Positions 19,124-28,168 of a stretch of 64,000 bases of DNA are shown here, one piece after another; position 1 is the stretch's first letter, and each line of letters begins with the position of its first letter. The stretch is taken from NCBI GenBank assembly GCA_963770885.1, contig CAVYRI010000002.1, positions 29,265 through 93,264 on the forward strand, written 5' to 3'. This stretch comes from an uncultured Solirubrobacterales bacterium. Lineage in GTDB: Bacteria; Actinomycetota; Thermoleophilia; Solirubrobacterales; Solirubrobacteraceae. Both the position numbers and the translations under genes were made by a program. Below the pieces are notes generated by a model. It had not been told where the DNA came from. It did no database searches and was given only the letters and a program-made list of their open reading frames with translations.

Positions 19124-20566
19124 TTGTTCAAGAACGCGATGCCTCGCTACGAGGTCCTCAGCGAGGACGCGATGGAAGTGCTCGACCGCGGCTGGCGGCG
19201 GATCGTGTCCGAGCTCGGGGTCGAGTTCCTGCTGCCCGAGGCCGTCGAACTGCTCAGAGACGCAGGTCAGATCGTCGAAGGCGAGAACCGGGTCCGGTTT
19301 GACCCCGAGTTCATTCTCGAGCAGGTGGCCAAGGCGCCGAGCGAGTTCGAGCTCCAGGCGCGCAACCCCGACAACACGGCCCACATCGGCGGCGACAACA
19401 TGGTCTTCGCGCCGGTCTACGGCTGCCCGTTCATCCGCGAGGGCAACGTCCGCCGAGATGCGAAGATGGCCGACTTCGAGAACCTGGTCCGGCTCTCGCA
19501 GGCCTTCCCCGAGCTCGACTCACCCGGCGGCACGATCTGCGAGCCCGAGGACCGCCCGCTGGACTCGCGCCACCTCGACATGGTCTACGCGCTGCAGACG
19601 CTGTCGGACAAGCCCTACATGGGCTCGGTGACCTCGGGCCCGAACGCCGCCGACACGATCCGGATGGGTGAGATCCTGTTCGGCGGCCGCGAGGCGATCG
19701 AGCGGGCCCCGGCCTCGATCTCGCTGATCAACGTCAACTCCCCGCTGCGTTACGACGACCGCATGCTCGCGGCGATGTTCGAGTACGTGAAGGCCAACCA
19801 GGCGGTCGTGATCACCCCGTTTTTGTTGATGGGCGCGATGTCGCCGGTCTCGCTGCCCGCGACGCTCGTACAGCAGATGGCCGAGGCGCTGGCGGGGATC
19901 GCGCTCTCGCAGCTGATCCGTCCGGGAGCGCCGGTCGTGTTCGGCTCGTTTCTGTCAAACACCGACATGCAGTCGGGCTCGCCGTCGTTCGGGACCCCGG
20001 AGTCGGGGATCGGCGTGCTCTGCACGGGGCAGATCGCGCGGAAATTCGGCCTCCCTTGGCGGGGCGGCGGCGCGCTGAACGCGTCCCAGACCGTCGACGC
20101 GCAGGCTGCGTATGAGTCGCTGATGACGCTTCTGCCAACGTTCCTGGCCGGCGCCAACTTCGTCATGCACTCGGCGGGCTGGCTCGAGGGAGGGCTCGTC
20201 TCCTGCTATGAGAAGTTCATCGTCGATGTCGAGCTGCTGCGCGAGCTGCGCCACGAGTTCACCCCGCTCGAGATCGACGAGGAGAGCCTCGCCTTCGACG
20301 CCCACGAGGAGGTCGGCGCCGGTGGACACTTCCTCGGCGCGGCCCATACGCTCGCCCGCTTCCGGGAGTGCTTCTACCGTCCGTTGCTGTCCTCGACCGA
20401 GAACTTCGACCGCTGGACCAAGCGCGGGGCCAGGGACACGACCGCGCGGGCGGCGGAGATCTGGCGCGCGACGCTCGAGGCCTACGAGCAGCCGCCGCTC
20501 GATGATGCGATCCGGGCCGAGCTCGAGGAGTTCGTCGTCCGGCGGCGCGCCGAGCTGGGGGACTGA
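19124..20566 (+). CDS. trimethylamine methyltransferase (MttB) superfamily protein, non-pyrrolysine (MtgB-like quaternary-amine:corrinoid methyltransferase)
   Basis: TTG after GGAGGA; MPRYEVLSED, PVYGCPF, EPEDRPLDSRHLD, NVNSPLRYD, GAMSPV, SGSPSFGTPE, DAQAAYES, HSAGWLEGGL, GGHFLG; no in-frame amber. Confidence 0.92.
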   Translation: MFKNAMPRYEVLSEDAMEVLDRGWRRIVSELGVEFLLPEAVELLRDAGQIVEGENRVRFDPEFILEQVAKAPSEFELQARNPDNTAHIGGDNMVFAPVYGCPFIREGNVRRDAKMADFENLVRLSQAFPELDSPGGTICEPEDRPLDSRHLDMVYALQTLSDKPYMGSVTSGPNAADTIRMGEILFGGREAIERAPASISLINVNSPLRYDDRMLAAMFEYVKANQAVVITPFLLMGAMSPVSLPATLVQQMAEALAGIALSQLIRPGAPVVFGSFLSNTDMQSGSPSFGTPESGIGVLCTGQIARKFGLPWRGGGALNASQTVDAQAAYESLMTLLPTFLAGANFVMHSAGWLEGGLVSCYEKFIVDVELLRELRHEFTPLEIDEESLAFDAHEEVGAGGHFLGAAHTLARFRECFYRPLLSSTENFDRWTKRGARDTTARAAEIWRATLEAYEQPPLDDAIRAELEEFVVRRRAELGD

Positions 20567-20573
20567 GCCCGGG

Positions 20574-21281
20574 CTAGGACTCGGGGCCGGCGCTGGCGCC
20601 TCCGGGCTCCGCCGGCGGCGCCGTGGGAGCCGCGGGAGTCGCGCTCTCGGGCTCCTTGGGGGCCATCGCCCGCAGCCAGACGGTCTCGAGCGTACGCAGC
20701 GCGAGCTCGGGGTTGCCCTCGTTGGGGCGCCCGAACTCCCCCAGCAGGTAGCGCTCATTCATCAGGTTGAGCGCGCGGGCAACGGGCCACGGGTCGAGCG
20801 GGTCGATCCGGCCCTCGCTGACCATCGTCCCAAGGCCGAACGCGGTCAGTTCCGTGAACCGGTCGAGGAAGCCGTTGTAGGCCCGCTCGATTCGAACGTC
20901 GGTCGTCGCGCCCTCGGCGAAGGCGCGGATCAGTGGGCCGTTGCGCGTGAAGAAATCGACGATCGCCTTGAGCCCGGTACGCGCGGCGTGCGGGAACCCA
21001 AGCGCGGCGGCCTGCTCGGCCTGGGCGTCCTGAAGCCAGCGCTCGGCGACCCCGTAGAGCTCGTTTCCCATCTCGTCCATCAGCGCCAGGACGAGCTCGG
21101 TGACGTCGTCGAAGTGGCGGTAGAAGGCGTACCTGGTGGAGCCCGATTGGGTCACGAGCGCCTCGACCGACAGCTCACGGTACGGGCGGGAGCGCAGGAA
21201 CTCGTCGGCCGAGGTGAGGATCTCGCCGCGCGTGGCCTCGTCTGGCTGCGCTTGTCGGGTGGTCTGCTCGGCCGGGCTCAC
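20574..21281 (-). CDS. TetR/AcrR family transcriptional regulator
   Basis: TRGEILTSADEFL..RPYRELSVEAL...GSTRYAFYRHF HTH; TATGAT 6 nt before GTG. Confidence 0.85.
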   Translation of the reverse strand: MSPAEQTTRQAQPDEATRGEILTSADEFLRSRPYRELSVEALVTQSGSTRYAFYRHFDDVTELVLALMDEMGNELYGVAERWLQDAQAEQAAALGFPHAARTGLKAIVDFFTRNGPLIRAFAEGATTDVRIERAYNGFLDRFTELTAFGLGTMVSEGRIDPLDPWPVARALNLMNERYLLGEFGRPNEGNPELALRTLETVWLRAMAPKEPESATPAAPTAPPAEPGGASAGPES

Positions 21282-21347
21282 GGGCGCATCATATTCCGCT
21301 CGCGCGTGTTTAAAGGAACCATCGTGGACCGGTATAAGAACACGCCC

Positions 21348-23213
21348 ATGCCCGCCCGAGGAGCTGCCAGTCGCTGCGCGAGGCTGTTTGGCCGACTCCT
21401 GCCGGCAGCGCTCGCGGCTGCCTGCCTCGGCCTTCCGGCCGCCGCTGGCGCCGACGCCGGCCGCCACGCGTCGGCCCACGCCGCGCGGCGTCCCGCCCGC
21501 GCCGCCGCACCGACGATCTCGCCGCTGCCGGGCACCCCGGACGCGTCTCCCCAGACCCAGATCAGCATCCTCGGGGTCGCGCGCAGGCAGATCCTCGCCG
21601 TCGGCGTGACCGGCTCGGCCAGCGGCATCCACGCGGGTCGACTGCGGGCCTACAGCGACGGACGCGGCGCGAGCTTCGTGCTGCGCAACCCGCTGACCCA
21701 GGGCGAGCGGGTCAAGGTGCGGGTCACGCTGCGCGGCCAGCGTGCTGTGCGATCCGATTTCACGGTCGCGCGGCTCGCGCCGACGCCGCCGATCATCGAC
21801 ACGCTCGTCGAGCAGCCCGACAAGCTCGACCACTTCGTCTCCCAACCGTCGCTGCTGGCACCCCGGATCCAGATCCGCCGCCATTCGCGGATCGGCGGCG
21901 GCGACATCTTCCTGACGCCGCTGCCATCTCCGATCGTCCATCCCGAGAGCAACAACGAGCTGTCGATCAAGCCGGTCGGCCCGGGCGGCCCGATGATCAT
22001 CAACGGTCGCGGACGTCTGGTCTGGTTTGACCAGCTCCCGTCGCCGCTGGTGGCTACCAACTTCAGGCCACAGCGCTTCGATGGGCACGAGGTGCTCACC
22101 TGGTGGCAGGGAAAGGTCACCGCGACCGCCTACGGTCTCGGCGAGGGCGTGATCGCCGATACGCGCTACCGGACGATCCGCACGGTGCACGCCGGCAACG
22201 GCTACCAGTCCGATCTGCACGAGTTCGTGCTGACGCCCGGCGGCGACGCGCTGTTCACGGTCGACCAGCCGGTCCTGGTGCACGTGCCCGGCACCCCAGC
22301 CGGGACGCAGACGCGGCTTTTGGATTCGATGATCCAGGAGGTCGACGTCCGCACCGGGCTGGTGATGTGGGAATGGCACTCGCTCGGCCACATCCCGCTC
22401 GCCGACTCCTACGCGACGCCGTCCAACAGCGTCAGCGACGACGCGTTCCATCTCAACTCGATCCAGCAGCTCGCGCACGATCGGCTGCTGGTCTCCGCCC
22501 GTGACACCTCGGCCGTGTACGAGCTCAACCGCCGCACCGGAGCGATCGTCTGGACGCTCGGTGGCAAGGCGAGCAGCTTCCGCCTCGGACGCCGCGCGCG
22601 CTTCTACTTCCAGCACGACGCGCAGCTGATCGGACCCGACCGCGTCAGCCTGTTCGATGACGGTGCCGGACCGCCGATCCGGGAGCGCAACTCGCGTGGG
22701 CTGGTCCTGGCGCTACACCAGCACCGGCACGTCGCGACCGTCGCGCGGCAGTTCAGGCGCCCGGGCGCCACCAGCGCCGAGAGCGAAGGCAACGTCCAGA
22801 GCCTGTCACGCGGGAAGGTGTTCGTCGGCTTCGGCGCGACGCCGTTCTTCTCCGAGTTCTCCGCCACCGGTCGGCTGCTGTTCGACGGCTCGCTGCCGGT
22901 CGACGACGGCAGCTACCGGGCCTACAGATTCCCGTGGCACGCAGGTCCTGCTGCCCCGCCACGGGCGCTGGTGCGGCGCACCTCGAGCTCGCAGGTGACC
23001 GTCTACGCGACCTGGAACGGCGCGACCTCGGTGTGCCGCTGGCAGGTGCTCGCCGGCACGGCGAGCGGGCCGCTGCGACCGGTCGCGACCGCCCCGGACC
23101 GGGGATTCGAGACGCGGATCGCGGTCACCAGCTCGGCCGGCAGCTTCCAGCTGCGCGCACTCGGCGCCAAGGGTCAGGTGCTCGGCCGGTCGGCGCGCCT
23201 GAGCGCCTCCTGA
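21348..23213 (+). CDS. secreted arylsulfotransferase (ASST)-family beta-propeller protein
   Basis: signal peptide; DLHEFVLT, WEWHSLGH, DAFHLNSI, LLVSARDTSAVY, FYFQHDA, LFDDG, EGNVQ, SYRAYRFPW, YATWNGAT motifs. Confidence 0.82.
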   Translation: MPARGAASRCARLFGRLLPAALAAACLGLPAAAGADAGRHASAHAARRPARAAAPTISPLPGTPDASPQTQISILGVARRQILAVGVTGSASGIHAGRLRAYSDGRGASFVLRNPLTQGERVKVRVTLRGQRAVRSDFTVARLAPTPPIIDTLVEQPDKLDHFVSQPSLLAPRIQIRRHSRIGGGDIFLTPLPSPIVHPESNNELSIKPVGPGGPMIINGRGRLVWFDQLPSPLVATNFRPQRFDGHEVLTWWQGKVTATAYGLGEGVIADTRYRTIRTVHAGNGYQSDLHEFVLTPGGDALFTVDQPVLVHVPGTPAGTQTRLLDSMIQEVDVRTGLVMWEWHSLGHIPLADSYATPSNSVSDDAFHLNSIQQLAHDRLLVSARDTSAVYELNRRTGAIVWTLGGKASSFRLGRRARFYFQHDAQLIGPDRVSLFDDGAGPPIRERNSRGLVLALHQHRHVATVARQFRRPGATSAESEGNVQSLSRGKVFVGFGATPFFSEFSATGRLLFDGSLPVDDGSYRAYRFPWHAGPAAPPRALVRRTSSSQVTVYATWNGATSVCRWQVLAGTASGPLRPVATAPDRGFETRIAVTSSAGSFQLRALGAKGQVLGRSARLSAS

Positions 23214-23230
23214 ACACCGACAAGTGAGTT

Positions 23231-24499
23231 TCAGCTGTCCTCGGGTCCGGCGAGCCGCCGGATCTCGTAGCCCGCCGCGGCGAGCGCTGCGATGATCGCC
23301 TCGCTGTGCTCGGCGCCGCGCGTCTCGAGCGCGATGTTGACGCCGGTCTCGCGCACGTGCAGGGGGACGGCCTCGCGGACGTGATCGGCGTGCACGACGT
23401 TGCCGCCGGCCTCGGCGATCCTCGTCAGCAGCGCCGCCAATCCGCCGGGCCGGTCAGAGATCGTCGTGAACAGACGCAGCCGACGGCCGGCGGTCGTCTC
23501 GTGGCGGTGTGCGATCGCCGCCAGCAGCCCGGCGTCAACGTTGCCGCCCGACAGCACGATCACCATCCGGCCGTGGGCGGCCGGCGTGACGTGGCCGCTG
23601 AGCAGCGCGGCGACTCCTGCGGCGCCACCGCCCTCGACGACCAGCTTTGACCGCTCCAGCAGCCACACCATCGCGTCGGCGATCTCGTCCTCGGTCACGA
23701 CCACCATCTCGTCGACCCACCGCTGGACGAGCGGCAGCGTCAGCTCGCCCGGGCGTTTGATCGCGATCCCGTCGGCGATCGTGGGACGTGACTGGAAGGT
23801 GATCGGGGCGCCCTCGGCAAGCGACTCGGGGAACGGCGAGCAGGCGTCGACCTGGACGCCGATCACCCTCGCCGACGGCCGTGCCGCCTTGACCACGCCC
23901 GCGATGCCGGAGATCAACCCGCCGCCGCCGACCGGGACGACGACCGCCTCGAGATCGGCCACGTCCTCGAGCAGCTCGAGCCCGAGCGTCGCCTGTCCGA
24001 GGATCACCTCGGGGTCGTCGAACGGATGGACGAAAGCGGCGCCGGTCTCGGCGGCCCGCTCACGGGCCGCCGCCACACACGCGTCGACCGACTCGCCGCC
24101 GAGGTTGACCGTGCCGCCGAATGCCTGCACGGCGGCGACCTTCGCCACCGGCGCCTCGTCTGGCATGAACACCTCGCACGGGATCCCCTGCTCGCGCGCC
24201 GCGTAGGCGAGCGATTGGCCGTGGTTGCCGGCGCTCCCCGCAACGACGCCGACGGGGTCCTCGAGCCGGGAGATCTTGTGCATCGCTCCCCGGAGCTTGA
24301 ACGAGCCGGTGCGTTGCAGACTCTCGGCCTTGAGAACGATCTGGCCGCCACCGCGTTCCGACAGGCTGCGAGACGTCAGCAGCGGCGTATGGCGCGCGAC
24401 CGTCTGGACGATCCGCCGCGCGGCTTGCGCGTCACCGGCCTCTAGCCGGCGCGCTACGGCGTCCGCGGTGTACCCGTCCGGCGCGGTCATGTAGGGCAT
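23231..24499 (-). CDS. ilvA: threonine/serine ammonia-lyase with C-terminal ACT domain
   Basis: LKAESLQRTGSFKLRGA (PLP Lys), SAGNHGQ, HPFDD, VPVGGGGLISG, SGGNVD, ISDRPGGLA. Confidence 0.92.
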   Translation of the reverse strand: MPYMTAPDGYTADAVARRLEAGDAQAARRIVQTVARHTPLLTSRSLSERGGGQIVLKAESLQRTGSFKLRGAMHKISRLEDPVGVVAGSAGNHGQSLAYAAREQGIPCEVFMPDEAPVAKVAAVQAFGGTVNLGGESVDACVAAARERAAETGAAFVHPFDDPEVILGQATLGLELLEDVADLEAVVVPVGGGGLISGIAGVVKAARPSARVIGVQVDACSPFPESLAEGAPITFQSRPTIADGIAIKRPGELTLPLVQRWVDEMVVVTEDEIADAMVWLLERSKLVVEGGGAAGVAALLSGHVTPAAHGRMVIVLSGGNVDAGLLAAIAHRHETTAGRRLRLFTTISDRPGGLAALLTRIAEAGGNVVHADHVREAVPLHVRETGVNIALETRGAEHSEAIIAALAAAGYEIRRLAGPEDS

Positions 24500-24584
24500 C
24501 CCGAGGCAGCCAGATGCACCGTCCCGACGGGGTCCAGAAACGCTTGGCGCACGATGAACAGAATGTTAGACTCCTAGACGATGA

Positions 24585-24596
24585 CTCATATATCAG
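24585..24596. promoter_or_regulatory. CTCATATATCAG, near-palindromic copy of the CTGATATATCAG operator upstream of gntR
   Basis: 11/12 match to the 6255-6266 palindrome; on the minus strand reads CAACTGATATAT as at 28154-28165. Confidence 0.65.
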
Positions 24597-24672
24597 TTGC
24601 GTGCAGTGGTGGGGATTGCGTGCAGCGTCGCGGAGCCGGTTCGGCGTGCCGTCCGCGGATCGGGGAGGAGTC

Positions 24673-25335
24673 GTGGCCAACGCGCAGGTGACGCAGCGGC
24701 CGCAGCGTGAGCTGCTTGCGGACCGCGCGTATTCGGAGCTTCGAGACCGAATCGTGACGCTCAGGATCGCCCCGGGGGCGCCGATCGACGAGGACGCGCT
24801 CGGCGGCGAGCTGGACATCGGTCGCACTCCGGTGCGCGAGGCGATCAAGCGGCTGGCGCTCGAGAACCTCGTCACGGTCTTTCCCCGCCGGGGGACGTTC
24901 GCCTCCGACATCAACATCACCGACCTCGCCGATATCTCCGACGTCCGGATGCAGCTCGAGGGACACGCCGCCTACCGAGCGGCCGAGCGGATCACCCCTG
25001 CCCAGCAGGCGGAGCTCGAGCAGCTGCTGGTCGAGCTCGCCGGCAGTCAGGGCAGCGATGACGTCGACGCGCTGATGTCGCTCGACGCTCGGGTGCATCG
25101 GTTCGTCCACCGCTGCGCGGGCAACCCGTACCTCGAGGAGACGCTCGGGCGCTACTTCAATCTCTCGCTGCGCATCTGGTACCTGGTGGTCGACCGGCTG
25201 CCGCACCTGTTCGCGCGGGTGCACGAGCACGATGACCTGCTGCGCGCGATCGCCGCCGGAGAGCCCGCGCGCTCGCGCGATGTGATGGTCGAGCACATCG
25301 AGACCTTCGAGCGCGAGATCCGCTCCGTCCTCTGA
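24673..25335 (+). CDS. GntR family transcriptional regulator (FadR/FCD type)
   Basis: GTG after GGAGGAG; AYSELRDRIVTL...GRTPVREAIKRL wHTH; FCD domain with LDARVHR, HEHDDLLRAI, MVEHI. Confidence 0.92.
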   Translation: MANAQVTQRPQRELLADRAYSELRDRIVTLRIAPGAPIDEDALGGELDIGRTPVREAIKRLALENLVTVFPRRGTFASDINITDLADISDVRMQLEGHAAYRAAERITPAQQAELEQLLVELAGSQGSDDVDALMSLDARVHRFVHRCAGNPYLEETLGRYFNLSLRIWYLVVDRLPHLFARVHEHDDLLRAIAAGEPARSRDVMVEHIETFEREIRSVL

Positions 25336-25608
25336 GCGCAACTGGCTAGTGTCGTGATGCTTTAGTTGGTGGTCGGCGCAGGCGTTGGCGTTGCGCGCTC
25401 GGATTGTGTCGGCGGTGGCTGGGGTCTGAACAGCACTGCTGTTTTGTTCGAGCGGCGGCTTGATCGGCTGCTTGACGAGCCCTTGGAGACCGACGCTGAC
25501 GGATGCGGCGCACTGGTCGGCGCGGTCGATGGGCTGCGAGGTCGGGTTCAAATCAGTCGGCCGTCGGTGGGTGGGGCTCGTTTGGTTGTCGGAGGGGAGC
25601 GCGATCGG

Positions 25609-25727
25609 GGATGTCAAACGCGACAAACCCCGTCCGCGGGGAGGCGATTTGTCGCAGACCGGGCCGATTTCGATGCCGTCTGTGGCAAATCCGGTCGTGC
25701 GCGGACGATTTGTCACGTTTGGCATCC
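25609..25727. repeat. long imperfect inverted repeat (about 120-nt hairpin) in a roughly 550-bp intergenic region
   Basis: GGATGTCAAACGCGACAAA/TTTGTCACGTTTGGCATCC (17/19 Watson-Crick), CGTCCGCG/CGCGGACG (8/8), GATTTGTCGCAGAC/GTCTGTGGCAAATC (12/14) nested arms. Confidence 0.75.
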
Positions 25728-25889
25728 GCTCGGGGCAGCGGCCTGCACCGATCTGGAAGGCGTTCGGGCTGAAACCTGATCGTCAGCAGACCTAAAAGCT
25801 GTCCAAGCACCCCGCCTGTTGATCGACAAGGTCCGCCGATGTCGTCGGCCTGTAGCTCGATCCGCCACGCCGATCAATGAATTACGGCA

Positions 25890-26630
25890 CTAGCGCGGCT
25901 CGTAGCCGAGTCGCGCCGAGACCTCGTTCGCCTGCTCGACGGCGACCCGCCCGAGCAGCTCGAGACGCTGGGGCGCCAGCCTCAACGTCGCGCCCGAGGC
26001 ACAGAGGACGGCCACGACCTCGCCGCCACGCTCGCGCACCGGCGCCGCGACCGCCGACAGCCCGGTCTCGAGCTCGTCGATCAACGTCGCGTAGCCGCGC
26101 TCGCGCACCGACTCGAGCTCGCTCTGGAGGCGATCGCGGTCGGTGATCGTTGCGGGGGTTAGCGCTTCGAGCTCACCGTCGGGCAGCGTCGCTGTCCCGA
26201 ACGCGAGAAACACCTTGCCGGCGGCTGTCGTATGCAGTCCAAGCGGTCGTCCGACCCAGTTGGTGACGCCGAGCAGATGCGAGCCATCGATCTGGGCGAT
26301 CGCCTCAGTCCCGCCGGCGCGCGGCATGATCAGGTTCGCCGTCTCACCGCTCTCGGCCGCCAGCCGGCCCATGCTCGGGCGAGCCACCTCGACCAGTTCG
26401 GTGATGCCGCGGTCCGAGCGGGCGAATCGAAGCGCGGCTGGGCCGGGACGGACGTCGACGCCGACCGACACCAGGTCGTGGCGTTCGAGCACGGCGAGCA
26501 GCTCTCCCAGCTCACGCTGATCGAGCCCGGTGTTTGCGGCGAGGGCGTCCACCGACAGAGGTGACTGGTCCAGCACCGCGGCCAGCAGACGCGCCGCCTG
26601 ATCGGCGGCCCGGGTGCCGTCGAGGCTCAC
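25890..26630 (-). CDS. IclR family transcriptional regulator
   Basis: GTRAADQAARLLAAVL HTH, SGETANL, TAAGKVFLA, DELETGLSAVAAPV. Confidence 0.88.
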   Translation of the reverse strand: MSLDGTRAADQAARLLAAVLDQSPLSVDALAANTGLDQRELGELLAVLERHDLVSVGVDVRPGPAALRFARSDRGITELVEVARPSMGRLAAESGETANLIMPRAGGTEAIAQIDGSHLLGVTNWVGRPLGLHTTAAGKVFLAFGTATLPDGELEALTPATITDRDRLQSELESVRERGYATLIDELETGLSAVAAPVRERGGEVVAVLCASGATLRLAPQRLELLGRVAVEQANEVSARLGYEPR

Positions 26631-28093
26631 GAGCGACGGCGATCGCGCGTGATCACGATCGTCTGCAGCTCGGTGAACGAGTGCATCACGTGCGCGCCGC
26701 CGACCTTGCCAATCCCGCTGTCAGTCCCCGCGCGTCCGCCGAACGGCAGCTGCGCCTCCCAGTAGTTGCTCGACTCGTTGATGTTCACCCAGCCGGTGTG
26801 GACCCGGTCAGCGAACTCGAGCCCCCGCGCGATGTCGGCGGTGAAGATCGCTGCCAGCAGTCCGTACGGGGACTCGTTGGTGAGCGCGATCGCGTGCTCG
26901 AGTGAATCGACCGCGACCACCGGCGCGACCGGACCGAATGTCTCCTCGGCCGACACCCTCGCGTCCGCGGGGACGTCGGCCAGCACCGTCGCCTCCCAGT
27001 AGAGCGGCGTCGGAAAGCCATCACCCCGCGAGCCGCCGGTCACCACCGTCGCGCCGCGCTGCACCGCGTCGCCGACATGCTCGTCCATCTTCGCCGCCAC
27101 CGGCTCATTGTTGAGCGGCCCCATCGTCGTCTGGTCATCGAACGGATCGCCGAGCACGATCCGCGCGGTCACAGCGCGCGCCAATCCCTCCACATAGGCG
27201 TCATAGACCTCGCGATGGACGAGGATCCGCTCGCCGGCGGTGCAGCTCTGGCCTGCACACAGAAAGCAGGCGGTCAGCGTCGCCTCGACGGCGGCCTCGA
27301 CGTCGCCGTCCTCGAGCACCACGACCGGGCCATTGCCGCCCATCTCGAGCAGCGCCGCCTTGCCGGCCGACGCCTGCGCCACCATCCGGCCGGTCGCCGT
27401 CGAGCCGATGAACGCGACGCCGTCGGTGCCGGGGTTGCGGGCGATCTCGTCGCCGACGACTGGGCCGGGACCGGTGACCAGGTTGAAAACACCGGGCGGC
27501 AGATCGGCGTCGGCGATGCACTCCGCGAGCGCGACCGCGCAGACCGCGGTCGACGGGGCCGGGGTCCAGACGACCGCGTTGCCGCAGGCGAGCGCCGGCG
27601 CCACGAGCTCGGCCGGCATCGTGTAGGGCCAGTTCCAGGGACTGATGACGCCGACGACCCCGCGCGCGCGACGCGCCAGCAGCACGCGCTTGCCCGGTGA
27701 GAACGAGTTCGGAAGCTCGCCGCCGAGTCGCTTGGCGTCCTCCGCCGCCATCCGCCAGTACTCGACCAGCTCATCGACCTCGCCGAATGCCTCGGCCTTC
27801 ATCGGCTTGCCCTGATCGAGCGTCAGCGTGCGCGCGAGGTCGTCGCGCCGGGCCTCGATCAGGTCACCGACGGCGTGCATCTTGGCAGCCCGCTCGAACG
27901 CGGTCAGGCCGGCCCAGCCATCGGCCGCGTCGCGCGCGGCGTCGATCGCGGTCTGCGCGTCGGCTCGGTCACCCTGCGGAACCGACCCGATCCGCTCGCC
28001 GGTGGCGGGGCTGATCGCGTCAAACGTCTCGCCGGTGGCGCTGGCTCGCCACTGACCGCCGACGAACATCTGCTGGGCAGTTCCCGTGGCCAT
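26627..28093 (-). CDS. NAD(P)-dependent aldehyde dehydrogenase
   Basis: ISPWNWP, FIGSTATG, LEMGGNG (catalytic Glu), GQSCTAG (catalytic Cys), EETFGPV, PFGG; 488 aa. Confidence 0.93.
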   Translation of the reverse strand: MATGTAQQMFVGGQWRASATGETFDAISPATGERIGSVPQGDRADAQTAIDAARDAADGWAGLTAFERAAKMHAVGDLIEARRDDLARTLTLDQGKPMKAEAFGEVDELVEYWRMAAEDAKRLGGELPNSFSPGKRVLLARRARGVVGVISPWNWPYTMPAELVAPALACGNAVVWTPAPSTAVCAVALAECIADADLPPGVFNLVTGPGPVVGDEIARNPGTDGVAFIGSTATGRMVAQASAGKAALLEMGGNGPVVVLEDGDVEAAVEATLTACFLCAGQSCTAGERILVHREVYDAYVEGLARAVTARIVLGDPFDDQTTMGPLNNEPVAAKMDEHVGDAVQRGATVVTGGSRGDGFPTPLYWEATVLADVPADARVSAEETFGPVAPVVAVDSLEHAIALTNESPYGLLAAIFTADIARGLEFADRVHTGWVNINESSNYWEAQLPFGGRAGTDSGIGKVGGAHVMHSFTELQTIVITRDRRRS

Positions 28094-28139
28094 GGCAAGC
28101 CTTTCGCTCGGACGGTCCGGTCACCGACCCAGAGCGTCG

Positions 28140-28168
28140 TTGACACGATTCGACAACTGATATATAAC
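28140..28168 (+). promoter_or_regulatory. near-consensus sigma70 promoter TTGACA-N17-TATAAC overlapped by CTGATATAT operator
   Basis: TTGACA 28140-28145, TATAAC 28163-28168, operator core 28157-28165; upstream of APC permease and divergent from the aldehyde dehydrogenase. Confidence 0.78.

Noticed and set aside
17829-19631. Long alternative-frame and antisense ORFs (for example 17829-19631, 41391-43022, 59926-61455, 63110-63976, and N-terminal extensions such as 20208-21347)
   Set aside because: Arg/Pro/Ala-rich shadows of real genes caused by high GC3; no family motifs, and they overlap well-supported CDSs.
19124-20566. Pyrrolysine read-through in mttB
   Set aside because: Frame is open to a TGA with no in-frame TAG; no pyl genes seen.
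25336-25880. ORFs 25366-25779 and others in the intergenic gap; possible tRNA or CRISPR array
   Set aside because: Atypical composition, no SD or motifs; no cloverleaf or regularly spaced direct repeats found.
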